From assembly GCA_029778075.1 (NCBI GenBank), contig JAKORA010000069.1, positions 1 to 45,295 of the forward strand: a stretch of 45,295 nt of DNA, read 5' to 3'. The notes beneath the pieces are model-generated. The model was given only the letters and a program-made list of their open reading frames with translations, had not been told where the DNA came from and ran no database searches. This DNA comes from Bacillota bacterium (lineage in GTDB: Bacteria; Bacillota; Dethiobacteria; DTU022; UBA8154). Positions 27,817 to 36,600 of the stretch are shown here, piece after piece. Positions within the stretch are counted from its first letter, which is position 1, and every line of letters begins with the position of its first letter. A program made the position numbers and the translations under genes.

Positions 27817-28478
27817 TTTCTTTGTTTTTCCCTGACCTGCTCCAGTATATATTCAACCAGTTGCTCCGCCTCATACAACCCGTTTTTTAGTGCCGTTTCA
27901 AAAACAACCACCTTGGGGTTTATCTCTGCAATATACCTCTTCATCACATTGACATCCACATCAACATAAGGCAGCAAATCTGCTTTTGTGATTACAGCCG
28001 TATGCGCATTCAAAAAAGCCGTTGGATATTTTACCGGCTTGTCTTCTCCCTCTGTAACGCTTAAAATTACCATGCGCATATCTTCACCCAGATCGTAGGT
28101 TGCCGGGCAAATCAGATTTCCCACATTTTCTATTATTAAAAGGTCCAGCGAATCAAGCTCCAGCTTTTGGAGCTGATTTTCAATCATTTTGGCATCCAGA
28201 TGGCATCCGCCGTTTGTATTTATTTGCAAGGCTGTAACACCGGTTTTTTCTATGCGCAGCGCATCATTTTGCGTGGCAAGATCGCCTTCTATGACGGCTG
28301 TCCGCAGGTGCGCGCCAAGCCTGGGCAAGATGTTCTCCAAAAGAGTCGTCTTGCCTGAACCGGGTGATCCCATCATGTTGATCACATATAAGCCCGATGA
28401 TTTGAATTTATTTCTGTTCTCCGCTGCTATTTGTTTATTCAAAGCGTTTAAGTCCTGATTTATCTCCAATCTTGTCAT
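27813..28478 (-). CDS. hypB: HypB Ni-metallochaperone GTPase
   Basis: 221 aa. P-loop GSPGSGKTT, ENVGNLICP, NKADL-like TKADL. No His-rich stretch. Confidence 0.9.
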   Translation of the reverse strand: MTRLEINQDLNALNKQIAAENRNKFKSSGLYVINMMGSPGSGKTTLLENILPRLGAHLRTAVIEGDLATQNDALRIEKTGVTALQINTNGGCHLDAKMIENQLQKLELDSLDLLIIENVGNLICPATYDLGEDMRMVILSVTEGEDKPVKYPTAFLNAHTAVITKADLLPYVDVDVNVMKRYIAEINPKVVVFETALKNGLYEAEQLVEYILEQVREKQRK

Positions 28479-28849
28479 CCTTTACTTTCCCTCGCAATCC
28501 CATTTTTTTCCTCAACATCTATACTTTCTATATATACCTCTTCTCCACCTACGATCACGAAACTCGTGCTTTTACACGCGGGACAAACAATGGGAAATTC
28601 AGCTACCTGATATTCATGGCTACAGGAATCACAACGAGCCACAGCAGGCAAATATTTTATCTCGAGTTCCGCTCCCTTCATGATTCCCTCCTGCGTTAAC
28701 GCTTCAAAAGCAAAAGAAAGGGCATCCGGCAATATGTTAGCAAACTTTCCTACAGATATGACTACATGTTTTACCTGCGCCACGTTATGACTTACGGCAA
28801 CCTGCATTACGGTTGCCAGCAAATTTTGCATCAATGCCGTCTCGTGCAT
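28475..28849 (-). CDS. hypA: HypA Ni-insertion zinc protein
   Basis: Start set at the internal ATG at 28849, giving the canonical MHE N-terminus (AAGGAGGcaaat-ATG). Zinc site CDSC...CPAC. The ORF-track start 28930 is rejected. Confidence 0.9.
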   Translation of the reverse strand: MHETALMQNLLATVMQVAVSHNVAQVKHVVISVGKFANILPDALSFAFEALTQEGIMKGAELEIKYLPAVARCDSCSHEYQVAEFPIVCPACKSTSFVIVGGEEVYIESIDVEEKNGIARESKG

Positions 28850-29121
28850 ATTTGCCTCCTTCAATCCAAAATAGCCAATCAGCGCTATTTCAGTCCATGG
28901 CCCAGGTAAACTTGTCCAAAAATTTAACACTTCTTTTATTCATGGTTAAGTGACTTTTCCCTGTATAAAACCTAACAAAATAATTATCAGGTGTCAAGTT
29001 TGTAAATCATAGTGTTTATCTTCTGATAATGCCAATCATTTCAATAAAGCTTTAAACAAGTATAAGGATGATAATTCAAACATTTTTAGGACTTCTTGTG
29101 CAGGCTTCTTATAATCAAGAT

Positions 29122-30006
29122 TTATAATACGCCTCCGGTGAAGCAAAAAAGGAGATAAAAAAGCAGGAAAAGAAGGGGAACTGTAACAATTGCTATTTTG
29201 TCCTTTCTGGACAGGGTCTGGGAATACATGTAGGTCCTTGCAGGATAAAGGCCGAAAGCCCGGCTTTCCATCGAAATGGTCAAAAAATCCACCTTGCTTA
29301 AGGCCGAGATCACCAGCGGTACCAACAGATACCTCACCGCTCTTAGCAGCTTCCTTGGAGCAAGCCCCTCCAGCTCAATCCCCTTGGCCATCTGGGCATT
29401 CTTTACCTGTTCCAGTTCCAGGTGAAAAACGGGAATAAAGCGCAACGCCGTAATAAGCATGAAGCCAAACCTGTACGGCAGTCCGGCCTGCATTAGAGCA
29501 TAGGCAAGCCTGTTGGGATCCGTCGTGGCCACAAAAAGATAGCTGGAGCCGATAATATTCACAAAGCGCAGCATCATGCTTAAACCTCCCCAAAGCCCTT
29601 TCGACCAAACCTGCAGGCACAATGGCCCCAGATAAAGCTGCTGGAGCAAAATACCTTCTTTTACTGACAAAAGCTGGACCAAAAAAATTAAAAGGCCAAA
29701 GAGAAGAATAAAGCGTAGCTTGCGGGAAAAAAAAGCCGGGCCCAGTCCGGCCAGACCGTAAAAAGCCAGTAGCAGGCAGAAAAGGATCGCTCCCCCCGTA
29801 AAAGAGGGCACGGCAAAAACAGTGAAGCTAAAGCTAAAAAGCACCACCAGTTTTACCAGGGGATGGATACGGTGCAAAGGAGAGTTGTTTTCAACATAGG
29901 TCAGCCCTGGAAAGAACCCTTTTATGACAGATGATGTCCTGTTAGAGACGATATGACGGCAGAAGCCATCAAATTTACCTTCTTTCTCCCGGTGCAGGAA
30001 GCTCAT
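29122..30006 (-). CDS. ecfT: ECF transporter transmembrane (T) component, EcfT/CbiQ family
   Basis: Polytopic, with the CbiQ-like layout and the conserved ARG-containing helices (ALRFIP.., RAFG). The first ATG compatible with the upstream ATPase stop is 30006. The ORF-track 30144 start lies deep inside the ATPase gene. Confidence 0.8.
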   Translation of the reverse strand: MSFLHREKEGKFDGFCRHIVSNRTSSVIKGFFPGLTYVENNSPLHRIHPLVKLVVLFSFSFTVFAVPSFTGGAILFCLLLAFYGLAGLGPAFFSRKLRFILLFGLLIFLVQLLSVKEGILLQQLYLGPLCLQVWSKGLWGGLSMMLRFVNIIGSSYLFVATTDPNRLAYALMQAGLPYRFGFMLITALRFIPVFHLELEQVKNAQMAKGIELEGLAPRKLLRAVRYLLVPLVISALSKVDFLTISMESRAFGLYPARTYMYSQTLSRKDKIAIVTVPLLFLLFYLLFCFTGGVL

Positions 30007-31540
30007 ACCCGGCAGGCAGATACTCTTCCCTCCCCAGCTGTGCCAGCTTCGCCAGCGCCTCATCCACAGGCGCATCAATGATAAGCTTTCCCTCAGCCAG
30101 GAAAAGAATCCTCTGGCAGCAGGAGACAACCACCTCCGGCTCATGGCAGGTCATCAAGGTTATCCCCCCCCGCGCGCGGTGCTCTCTCAAGGCTGCCATC
30201 AGCAGGCCAAGCCGGCCGCTGTCCTGACCTACGAGGGGCTCATCCAGGATTAAGACACTGGGAGAATAGGCCAGGACCGAAACCAGGGTTAACCTCTTTT
30301 TTTCACCCAGGCTCAGGGTAAAGGGATTTTTCTCTTTATATTGCCGCAGCTCGAACTTTTCCAGTAACCGGTCAACCTTACCTTCAATTTCCCGCGGATC
30401 TTCATCGCTCAAAAAATGCGAGGCCAGCGCTGCCTCCCTGAAAACGGTATGCTCAAAGATCTGGTGATTGGGATTTTGAAAGGTAAGACCCATCTCCTGC
30501 GCACGGCGTGTAACTTTTTTTCCGGTTATATCTTCGCTATGCAAATAAATTTTCCCTTCACCCGGCTTAAGAAGTCCCAGCAGCGCCAGTAAAAGGGTGG
30601 TTTTACCGCTGCCGTTATCCCCCATCACGGCAAGTATCTCTCCCGGGTAGGCAGAAAAACTTACCCCGCTGAGAACTTTCTTTCCTTCGTAACCTGCGCT
30701 CAGGTTATTTACGGAGAGGAGAGGTGTCCTTTCTTTCTTCTCCTCCAAGGGGTCCGGGGTTTTGTTTTGCGGCGGCAAAGCTCCCTCCCGGCCATCCTCT
30801 CTACCGGCAGCCAATATAGCGGCTGAAACATATTTCTTCTGCGCTTCCCCGGCAGTGCCCTCCCCAACAATTCTGCCGCTGTCCATGAACAGCAGTCGAT
30901 CTGAAATGGAAGCAAGCCGCTCCAGGCGGTGCTCAATCACAATAATAGAGATTTCCTGCTCCTCCCTCAGCTTTTCCAGGGTTCGGAGCACCTCCATGGT
31001 ACAAAAAGGATCCAGGTTCGCCGTGGGTTCATCCAGGATGAGAAGGGCAGGGGTCATCGCCAGCACCGAGGCAATAGCCACCCGCTGTTTTTCGCCCCCG
31101 GAAAGGGTATGGAGCTTCCTTTCCCTTAAATTCTGAGCTCCCACGGCTTGCAGGGCAAAGCTGACCCGCTCGCGTATTTCCTCCGGAGCTATACGCAGGT
31201 TTTCCGGGCCGAAAGCCACCTCATCGTTTACCGTAAGGGTACAAAGCTGGGCTTCCGGATCCTGCTGCACCAGGCCCACAATCCCGGAAAGCCCTCCCGC
31301 AGGGTAATCCCTGGTATCCCGGCCCAGTATGCGGACAACCCCTTCCATTTTTCCAGGGTAAGCGTGGGGGATAAAGCCGGCCAAACAGAGGGCCAGGGTG
31401 GATTTACCGCAGCCACTGGGGCCTGTTATCGTCAGGAACTGGCCCGGGTCTACCCGCAGGTTGATCCTCTCCAGCGCCGGAGAGGTTGAACCGCTGTATG
31501 TAAAAGAAAGATCCTGGATATCAACGACCGGTTCGCTCAT
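29975..31540 (-). CDS. ecfA: Fused tandem ECF ATPase (EcfA1-EcfA2/CbiO-like)
   Basis: 521 aa with two ABC cassettes: Walker A GPSGCGKST and GDNGSGKTT, signatures LSGGEKQR and LSLGEKKR, Walker B LILDEP twice. Confidence 0.9.
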   Translation of the reverse strand: MSEPVVDIQDLSFTYSGSTSPALERINLRVDPGQFLTITGPSGCGKSTLALCLAGFIPHAYPGKMEGVVRILGRDTRDYPAGGLSGIVGLVQQDPEAQLCTLTVNDEVAFGPENLRIAPEEIRERVSFALQAVGAQNLRERKLHTLSGGEKQRVAIASVLAMTPALLILDEPTANLDPFCTMEVLRTLEKLREEQEISIIVIEHRLERLASISDRLLFMDSGRIVGEGTAGEAQKKYVSAAILAAGREDGREGALPPQNKTPDPLEEKKERTPLLSVNNLSAGYEGKKVLSGVSFSAYPGEILAVMGDNGSGKTTLLLALLGLLKPGEGKIYLHSEDITGKKVTRRAQEMGLTFQNPNHQIFEHTVFREAALASHFLSDEDPREIEGKVDRLLEKFELRQYKEKNPFTLSLGEKKRLTLVSVLAYSPSVLILDEPLVGQDSGRLGLLMAALREHRARGGITLMTCHEPEVVVSCCQRILFLAEGKLIIDAPVDEALAKLAQLGREEYLPAGYELPAPGERR

Positions 31541-31572
31541 AAGAACTCCTCAGTTAATATAATTGTTAAAAA

Positions 31573-32655
31573 TTATTCTACAAGAATCCTGTTTACCATC
31601 TTTACCCAGTACCCTCCTTCGTAATTGGCGGCAATCAGGCGTAGCGTATCCTCCTCCCGGATGAGCAGCATCCGGTCGTCATTTAACACTTCCTGCAGTG
31701 CAAATTCCACTGTGTAGCCGTCCGTAGCCGCAACGGTAAGCTTTTTAGCCCCCTCCAGGGGAGAAGCCTCCTGTAAAATTACCTTCAAAGGGATACCGGT
31801 ATACTCCCGCGGGGGAACCCGGGTGTACTCTCCCTTTAGTTCGGCTGTTATTGTTGTCTCATACCGGCCGAAGTCGGAAAGCTGGAAAGAGAGGGGTTTT
31901 TCCACCGCCCCCTCCACCCGGCAGCGGGGGCCTACCCAGGGAGGCTCAAAAACAGCGGCAAAGTAGTAAACAGCTCCGATGGCCAGCAGTAGCGTCAGTA
32001 TAGCTGTTACAGCCAGCCTGAATCGGCTGCGGGCTTTATTCATGACCCCGCCCGTCGTCGCCTCGGTGGCGGTCTCTTCCCCTGAAAGGCCCGAAATTCG
32101 AAAAGGCCTGGCCTGCAGCACGATCTCCAGCACACTGTGTCCAAAGCTGCCCGCCAGCAGAACACCGGAAACAAAGGCGATAGCGCTGATAAAGAGAAGG
32201 TAGCTGACAGGGGCGCCGGCAAAATAGAGGAGCTGGAAAACAAAAACGTTGGAAGCAGCTGAAACACCTCCGGCCAGCATGTAGCTTCCCAAACTATGAC
32301 GCCTGCTGACCAGCAGGACAACATCAACCAGCACACCCTGAACCAGGGAAACCAGGATGATGGCCACCCCATGGCTACTGCCGGTGAGCAGTTCGATTAC
32401 TCCTTTGAGCAGGCCGACGGCGGTAGCGGCGCCTGGCCTGCGGATCAACCCCGCCGCCAGGATGAACCAGAATATATGCAGCCCGGAAACAAACTGCCCG
32501 GCACCGAAAGGAACGACAAAAATGCGGTTTAAAAGATTGCCCAGGTAGCCGACATAGGTACTCATCACCCCGCCGATTCCGCTCAAAACGGCAACGATAA
32601 GGAGATCCCTATTGCTCAGGTAATATTCTTTACGTTTTTTTAGCTCCTCTTTCAC
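31573..32655 (-). CDS. ECF S-component-like membrane protein fused to an extra TM helix and a C-terminal Oxidored_molyb-like extracytoplasmic domain
   Basis: 360 aa, GTG start (GGGGGttataca-GTG). aa 1-183 form six hydrophobic helices with a generic ECF S-component look. aa 211-236 form a further TM helix (RFRLAVTAILTLLLAIGAVYYFAAVF). aa 237-360 are soluble: VEGAVEKPLSFQLSDF...YTGIPLKVIL...ATDGYTVEF...YWVKMVNRILV. Confidence 0.65.
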   Translation of the reverse strand: MKEELKKRKEYYLSNRDLLIVAVLSGIGGVMSTYVGYLGNLLNRIFVVPFGAGQFVSGLHIFWFILAAGLIRRPGAATAVGLLKGVIELLTGSSHGVAIILVSLVQGVLVDVVLLVSRRHSLGSYMLAGGVSAASNVFVFQLLYFAGAPVSYLLFISAIAFVSGVLLAGSFGHSVLEIVLQARPFRISGLSGEETATEATTGGVMNKARSRFRLAVTAILTLLLAIGAVYYFAAVFEPPWVGPRCRVEGAVEKPLSFQLSDFGRYETTITAELKGEYTRVPPREYTGIPLKVILQEASPLEGAKKLTVAATDGYTVEFALQEVLNDDRMLLIREEDTLRLIAANYEGGYWVKMVNRILVE

Positions 32656-32802
32656 TGTATAACCCCCTATTCACAATTCGCCATAAACCGGACACCGGGA
32701 TTTATCCACTCCTCGTCAGGACACTGCTCCCGCAAGGGTTCCGGCAAGGGTAAAAGCAGGCGGAACAAGCGCCGGCCGGTGTGCACTGCCGGCGGCTGAT
32801 GC

Positions 32803-33369
32803 TCAATCAATGCGGATAATCATTACATTGCGCACCCAGTAAGGCCTGTTTGCCTCACCCGGCTCTCGCTGGCCGACGACCAACTGGAAGGGATTGCCTT
32901 TTTCCGGGTTATACTCCCTGCCGTTTTCCTCCCAGGCCAGGATCATCTTGTACTTTGTTTGGGGATTTTGCTCGTCAATATAATCTTCCCGCTTGATATC
33001 CTCAAGAGGAAACTCCACCTCATAGCCGTCCTCAGCGATAAAAGTTACCCTGGAGGCATGATCCTGCAAGCTCACTTTTTCATTTAAAAGATGCCATACC
33101 CAGACTCCTTTAAAATGAACATATTCCTTCGACCCATATGAGTTAAGGGCGAAATAAGTGGCTTCCACCAGGCCGTCTTCCATGGACTTCAGCTCATCCA
33201 GCGTGAAGGAAGCCCTGCTTTGTACGGCGTCCCCCTTAATCACAACTGTGCCCCGGGGAACTTTTTCGGACTGAGCACATCCACACCCTGCGGCGCAGGT
33301 GATCAGAAGCAGCAAAAAAGTAATAGTTGCTGCCTTATTTTTATAAACACACTGGCACAACCACTGCAT
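32803..33369 (-). CDS. Small lipoprotein consisting of one Oxidored_molyb-like module
   Basis: 188 aa. Signal peptide with a lipobox-like LLITCAAGC, then VVIKGDAVQ..FTLDELK...FKGVWVWHLL...AEDGYEVEF...FQLVVG...YWVRNVMIIRI. SD tAGGAGGcactttgc-ATG. Confidence 0.6.
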   Translation of the reverse strand: MQWLCQCVYKNKAATITFLLLLITCAAGCGCAQSEKVPRGTVVIKGDAVQSRASFTLDELKSMEDGLVEATYFALNSYGSKEYVHFKGVWVWHLLNEKVSLQDHASRVTFIAEDGYEVEFPLEDIKREDYIDEQNPQTKYKMILAWEENGREYNPEKGNPFQLVVGQREPGEANRPYWVRNVMIIRID

Positions 33370-33516
33370 GCAAAGTGCCTCCTAAATTGTCAGACATAAT
33401 AGAATGAAAGTTTTTTACTTTGTGACGGCCATATTATTTTATAGATTTTACAGCGAAGAATTGGGCAGAAGACTTATCGCGAAAACCTGTCAAAGTTTCC
33501 ACATCATATTCCAGCT

Positions 33517-33547
33517 CCGGGGGCGGGTGCTGAAGCCTCGCCCCCGG
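33517..33547 (-). terminator. GC-rich hairpin downstream of the S-layer protein gene (possible terminator or stabiliser, no U-tract)
   Basis: CCGGGGGCG-13 nt-CGCCCCCGG, a perfect 9-bp stem, about 100 nt after the stop at 33646. Confidence 0.35.
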
Positions 33548-33645
33548 CCGTTTGCCTCAATTACGTTTCCACCGTACCAACCTAATTATTGAGCTGTGAG
33601 AAAGCACCTGTTCTCTCGCAGCACATTATCAAAACATAATCGATA

Positions 33646-36600
33646 TCATTCTCGCTTGGCCAGCACATTCACAATAACCGCAGCGGCTTCAGCTCTGGTA
33701 GCTTTACCCTGCGGCCGCAGTGTGTTGTCAGGATATCCGCTAATGACCCCATTTTTCACCGCGGCGGCCACAGCTTCCCTGGCCCAGGCAGAGATACTGC
33801 CGCTGTCCAAGAAAGAGAGCTCTTCCGCTACCGGTGTCAATTCGGCGGCCTTCACGACCATTACAGCCAGCTCCTCGCGTGTGATCGCCTCATCCGGTCC
33901 AAATGTATCATCGTTATAACCGCTGATGATACCATATGATGCTGCTGTAGAAACAAACCCCTGTGCCCAGTGACCTGAAGTATCTGCAAAGGTTTTGTCA
34001 CTTTTGGGTGCCAATTGGAAGGCTTTTACAAGAACGGTGGCAAATTCCGCACGGGTGATATTATTGTCCGGTTTGAAGGTGCCGTCCGGATAACCGCTGA
34101 TAGCCTCGAGTGCGACCAGTTTCCTAATGCTGCTTTCAGCCCAGTGGCCCACAATGTCTTTTAACATTTCTGCATCCGAAACCAGCTCAATACGCACAAT
34201 CTGCCCAATGGATGTTTGCCCGCTGACAGCCGGCCCGACAAGCCGCAGCGGCCAACTGCTGTCGGACTCCGGTATGGGTGCCCCGTTTAATCTATTGGCG
34301 ACAATGTAGTTGCTGTTGCGGATAATATCCGCGCTGTCGAGCGTTACCTTATGACCGTCAGCTGCCGTGAGCACCACCTGGTACCCGGCAAGGGCCAGAT
34401 CATCATTGAAGGCGTTCTCGGAGTGCTGGTCGGCATCATCGACAAATCCGGCGAGGAACCACAGCGGCATCCCTTCCCAGACCCGTCCTTGAGAATCGGT
34501 GTAAGTTGCCTTGTGTTCGGCGCCGAACTGACAGGCGAGCGCCTGCTCGAAATAGGTCCTGCTCACATCATACTCCAGGCCGCCAAGAGCCTTTCCGTCT
34601 AGCTTCAGTGTCCAATCGCCCTGGGGTATGGAGTATACCCTGATTTCCGTAATCCACTTGGCTGATAAGCCGGCACAGGATGGATACATGACACCGTCCA
34701 TATAATTATAGTGCCAGTATTTTTCCGGCAGCGTCTCGTGCATATCCCACTGTCCGTAGACGTTGTCACCCCCTGGAGCAAAAAACAGGCGCATACCATC
34801 CTGATACTCGGGTACATACTTTCCATCAGCCCACCAGGCCAGGATGGCCTCTCCCTGGCGTGCCAGCACCGAAGGATCGGGATAGATGGAGGAGTAGGGA
34901 AGCCTGGTCTCGAAACCGTCTTTGGCCACAAACACTATCTCTGTACCGGCACCCATGTGACCTACAAGCCCGCAAAGATCCCTGACGCGGGTGCCCTTTA
35001 CGGCATTGGCGATCTTGAAGCCGCCAGGATAGGTCTCGTCAGGATCCCAGAGATCATCGGGTTTCATCGTGAGCCCCTCGAATTTGTATACCGTTGTCCC
35101 GTCGCCAATCACCTCGAGTTCACTCTCCATCCAGCGATAATCAACTGTTACCTCCTTAAGGATGGTAGTTCCGTCTTCGGCGTACTTGACGATACGGATT
35201 GAGGGTAAGGGCTGAACAGTGCCAAAAGATGCCAGTTCAATTTCCACGATATTACCCACGCTGGTACCACCAAGGGCGCCGTCTTTGGCAACACCGTTTC
35301 CGACCAGCCTGAGGGGGGCTGAGTTGCCGGTAAGCGGCGCACCGTTGCATTTATTGGCGACAATGTAATCGTTGCTCCAGGCCACATCAGCGCTGGCGAA
35401 ATCTTTGGTGTAGCCGTCGCCGGCTTTTACCAGGATGGTGTAACCGGCCGTGGCCTGATTGGCATTAAAGGCGTGGGGTTGCCGGTCATCAACCCAGCCT
35501 GCCAGCAGCCAGAGGGGTATACCCGACCAGACGTTGCCGTCTTTATCAGTCCATTCTTTAAGATGGCCTGAATGCGGGCAGGCGAGTGCCTCCTCGAACT
35601 CAGCCTGCGAGATGACATCGCTGATCTTGCCGGTAAGTTTAAGATTCCAGCTGCCGGGAGCAGGCTCGGGGGTCTGCAGCTCGGGTATTTCTATCCGTAC
35701 AATGTTGCCGACAGCAGAGCCTCCAAGGGAACCGCCCTCTTTGGCCACACCGTCGCCGACCAGGCGCAGGGGCCACAATGAACCGGCAAGGGGTTCACCG
35801 TTACACTGATTGGCGATAATGTAAGCGTCACTGCGGGCCACCTCCGTGCTCGCAAAGGTCTTGCTATAACCGTCCCCGGCCATCACTTTCACGGTATAAC
35901 CCGCGGCGGCAACGCTGTCATTAAAGGTCCAGTGGGCGCCTTTCTCGATGTCGTCCACCGCACCGAGAAGCACCCAGAGGGGCACGCCGGACCAGACGTT
36001 GCCATCCTTGTCGGTCCATTCCCTGTAGTGGCCTGAACCCGCACAGGCCAGCCCTTCTTCAAACTCCTGCTGGCTGATGGTATCCCCTACATCACCGACC
36101 AGCTCCAGGGTCCATCCCTCATCCGGTTCGGGGAGTTTGGAAAGCTCAATGCGCACAATGTTGCCTACCTGCTGCCCGCCAAATACAGCCGGACCTTTGA
36201 GATGGAGCGGCCAGCACGGTTTTCCTGCCGGAGTTTGGAGCGGAAGCGGCTCCCCGTTAAGGGTATTGGCTACGATATATCCGTTGTTGCGGGCGATGTC
36301 CGCGCTATCCAGAGTTGTCTTCCAGCCGTCACCGGATATCAAATCCACTACGTAATGCTGGGCGGCCAGCTCATCGTTGAAGTTGAAATGGTCAGGACCT
36401 TCGTCGGGGTCATCATCAACCATAGCTACCAGCAGCCAAAGCGGCATGCCCCCCCACACATTTCCTTCCTCATCTGTCCAGGAGACGCGGTGGGTAGGAC
36501 GGCAGGATAGGGCCTCCTCGAAGTAGGCTTTGGTTACGGAAGTATTTTTTGCACCGGAGAGTTGAAGGGTCCAGTCCGTAGGTACAGTTCCTCCCCTTGA

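Noticed and set aside
29024-29038. Fur/Zur/NikR-like box (TGATAATGCCAATCA) upstream of hypA.
   Set aside because: Only one half-site matches the 7-1-7 consensus TGATAATNATTATCA, and the second half matches 4 of 7. In AT-rich DNA this is expected by chance.
29122-32655. Reading the ECF transporter as NikMNQO/CbiMNQO because it sits next to hypABFCDE.
   Set aside because: The S component lacks the CbiM/NikM hallmark N-terminus (MHIxDG), and there is no CbiN/NikN-like small gene. The architecture is S, fused A1A2, then T, as in a dedicated group I-like vitamin-type ECF system.
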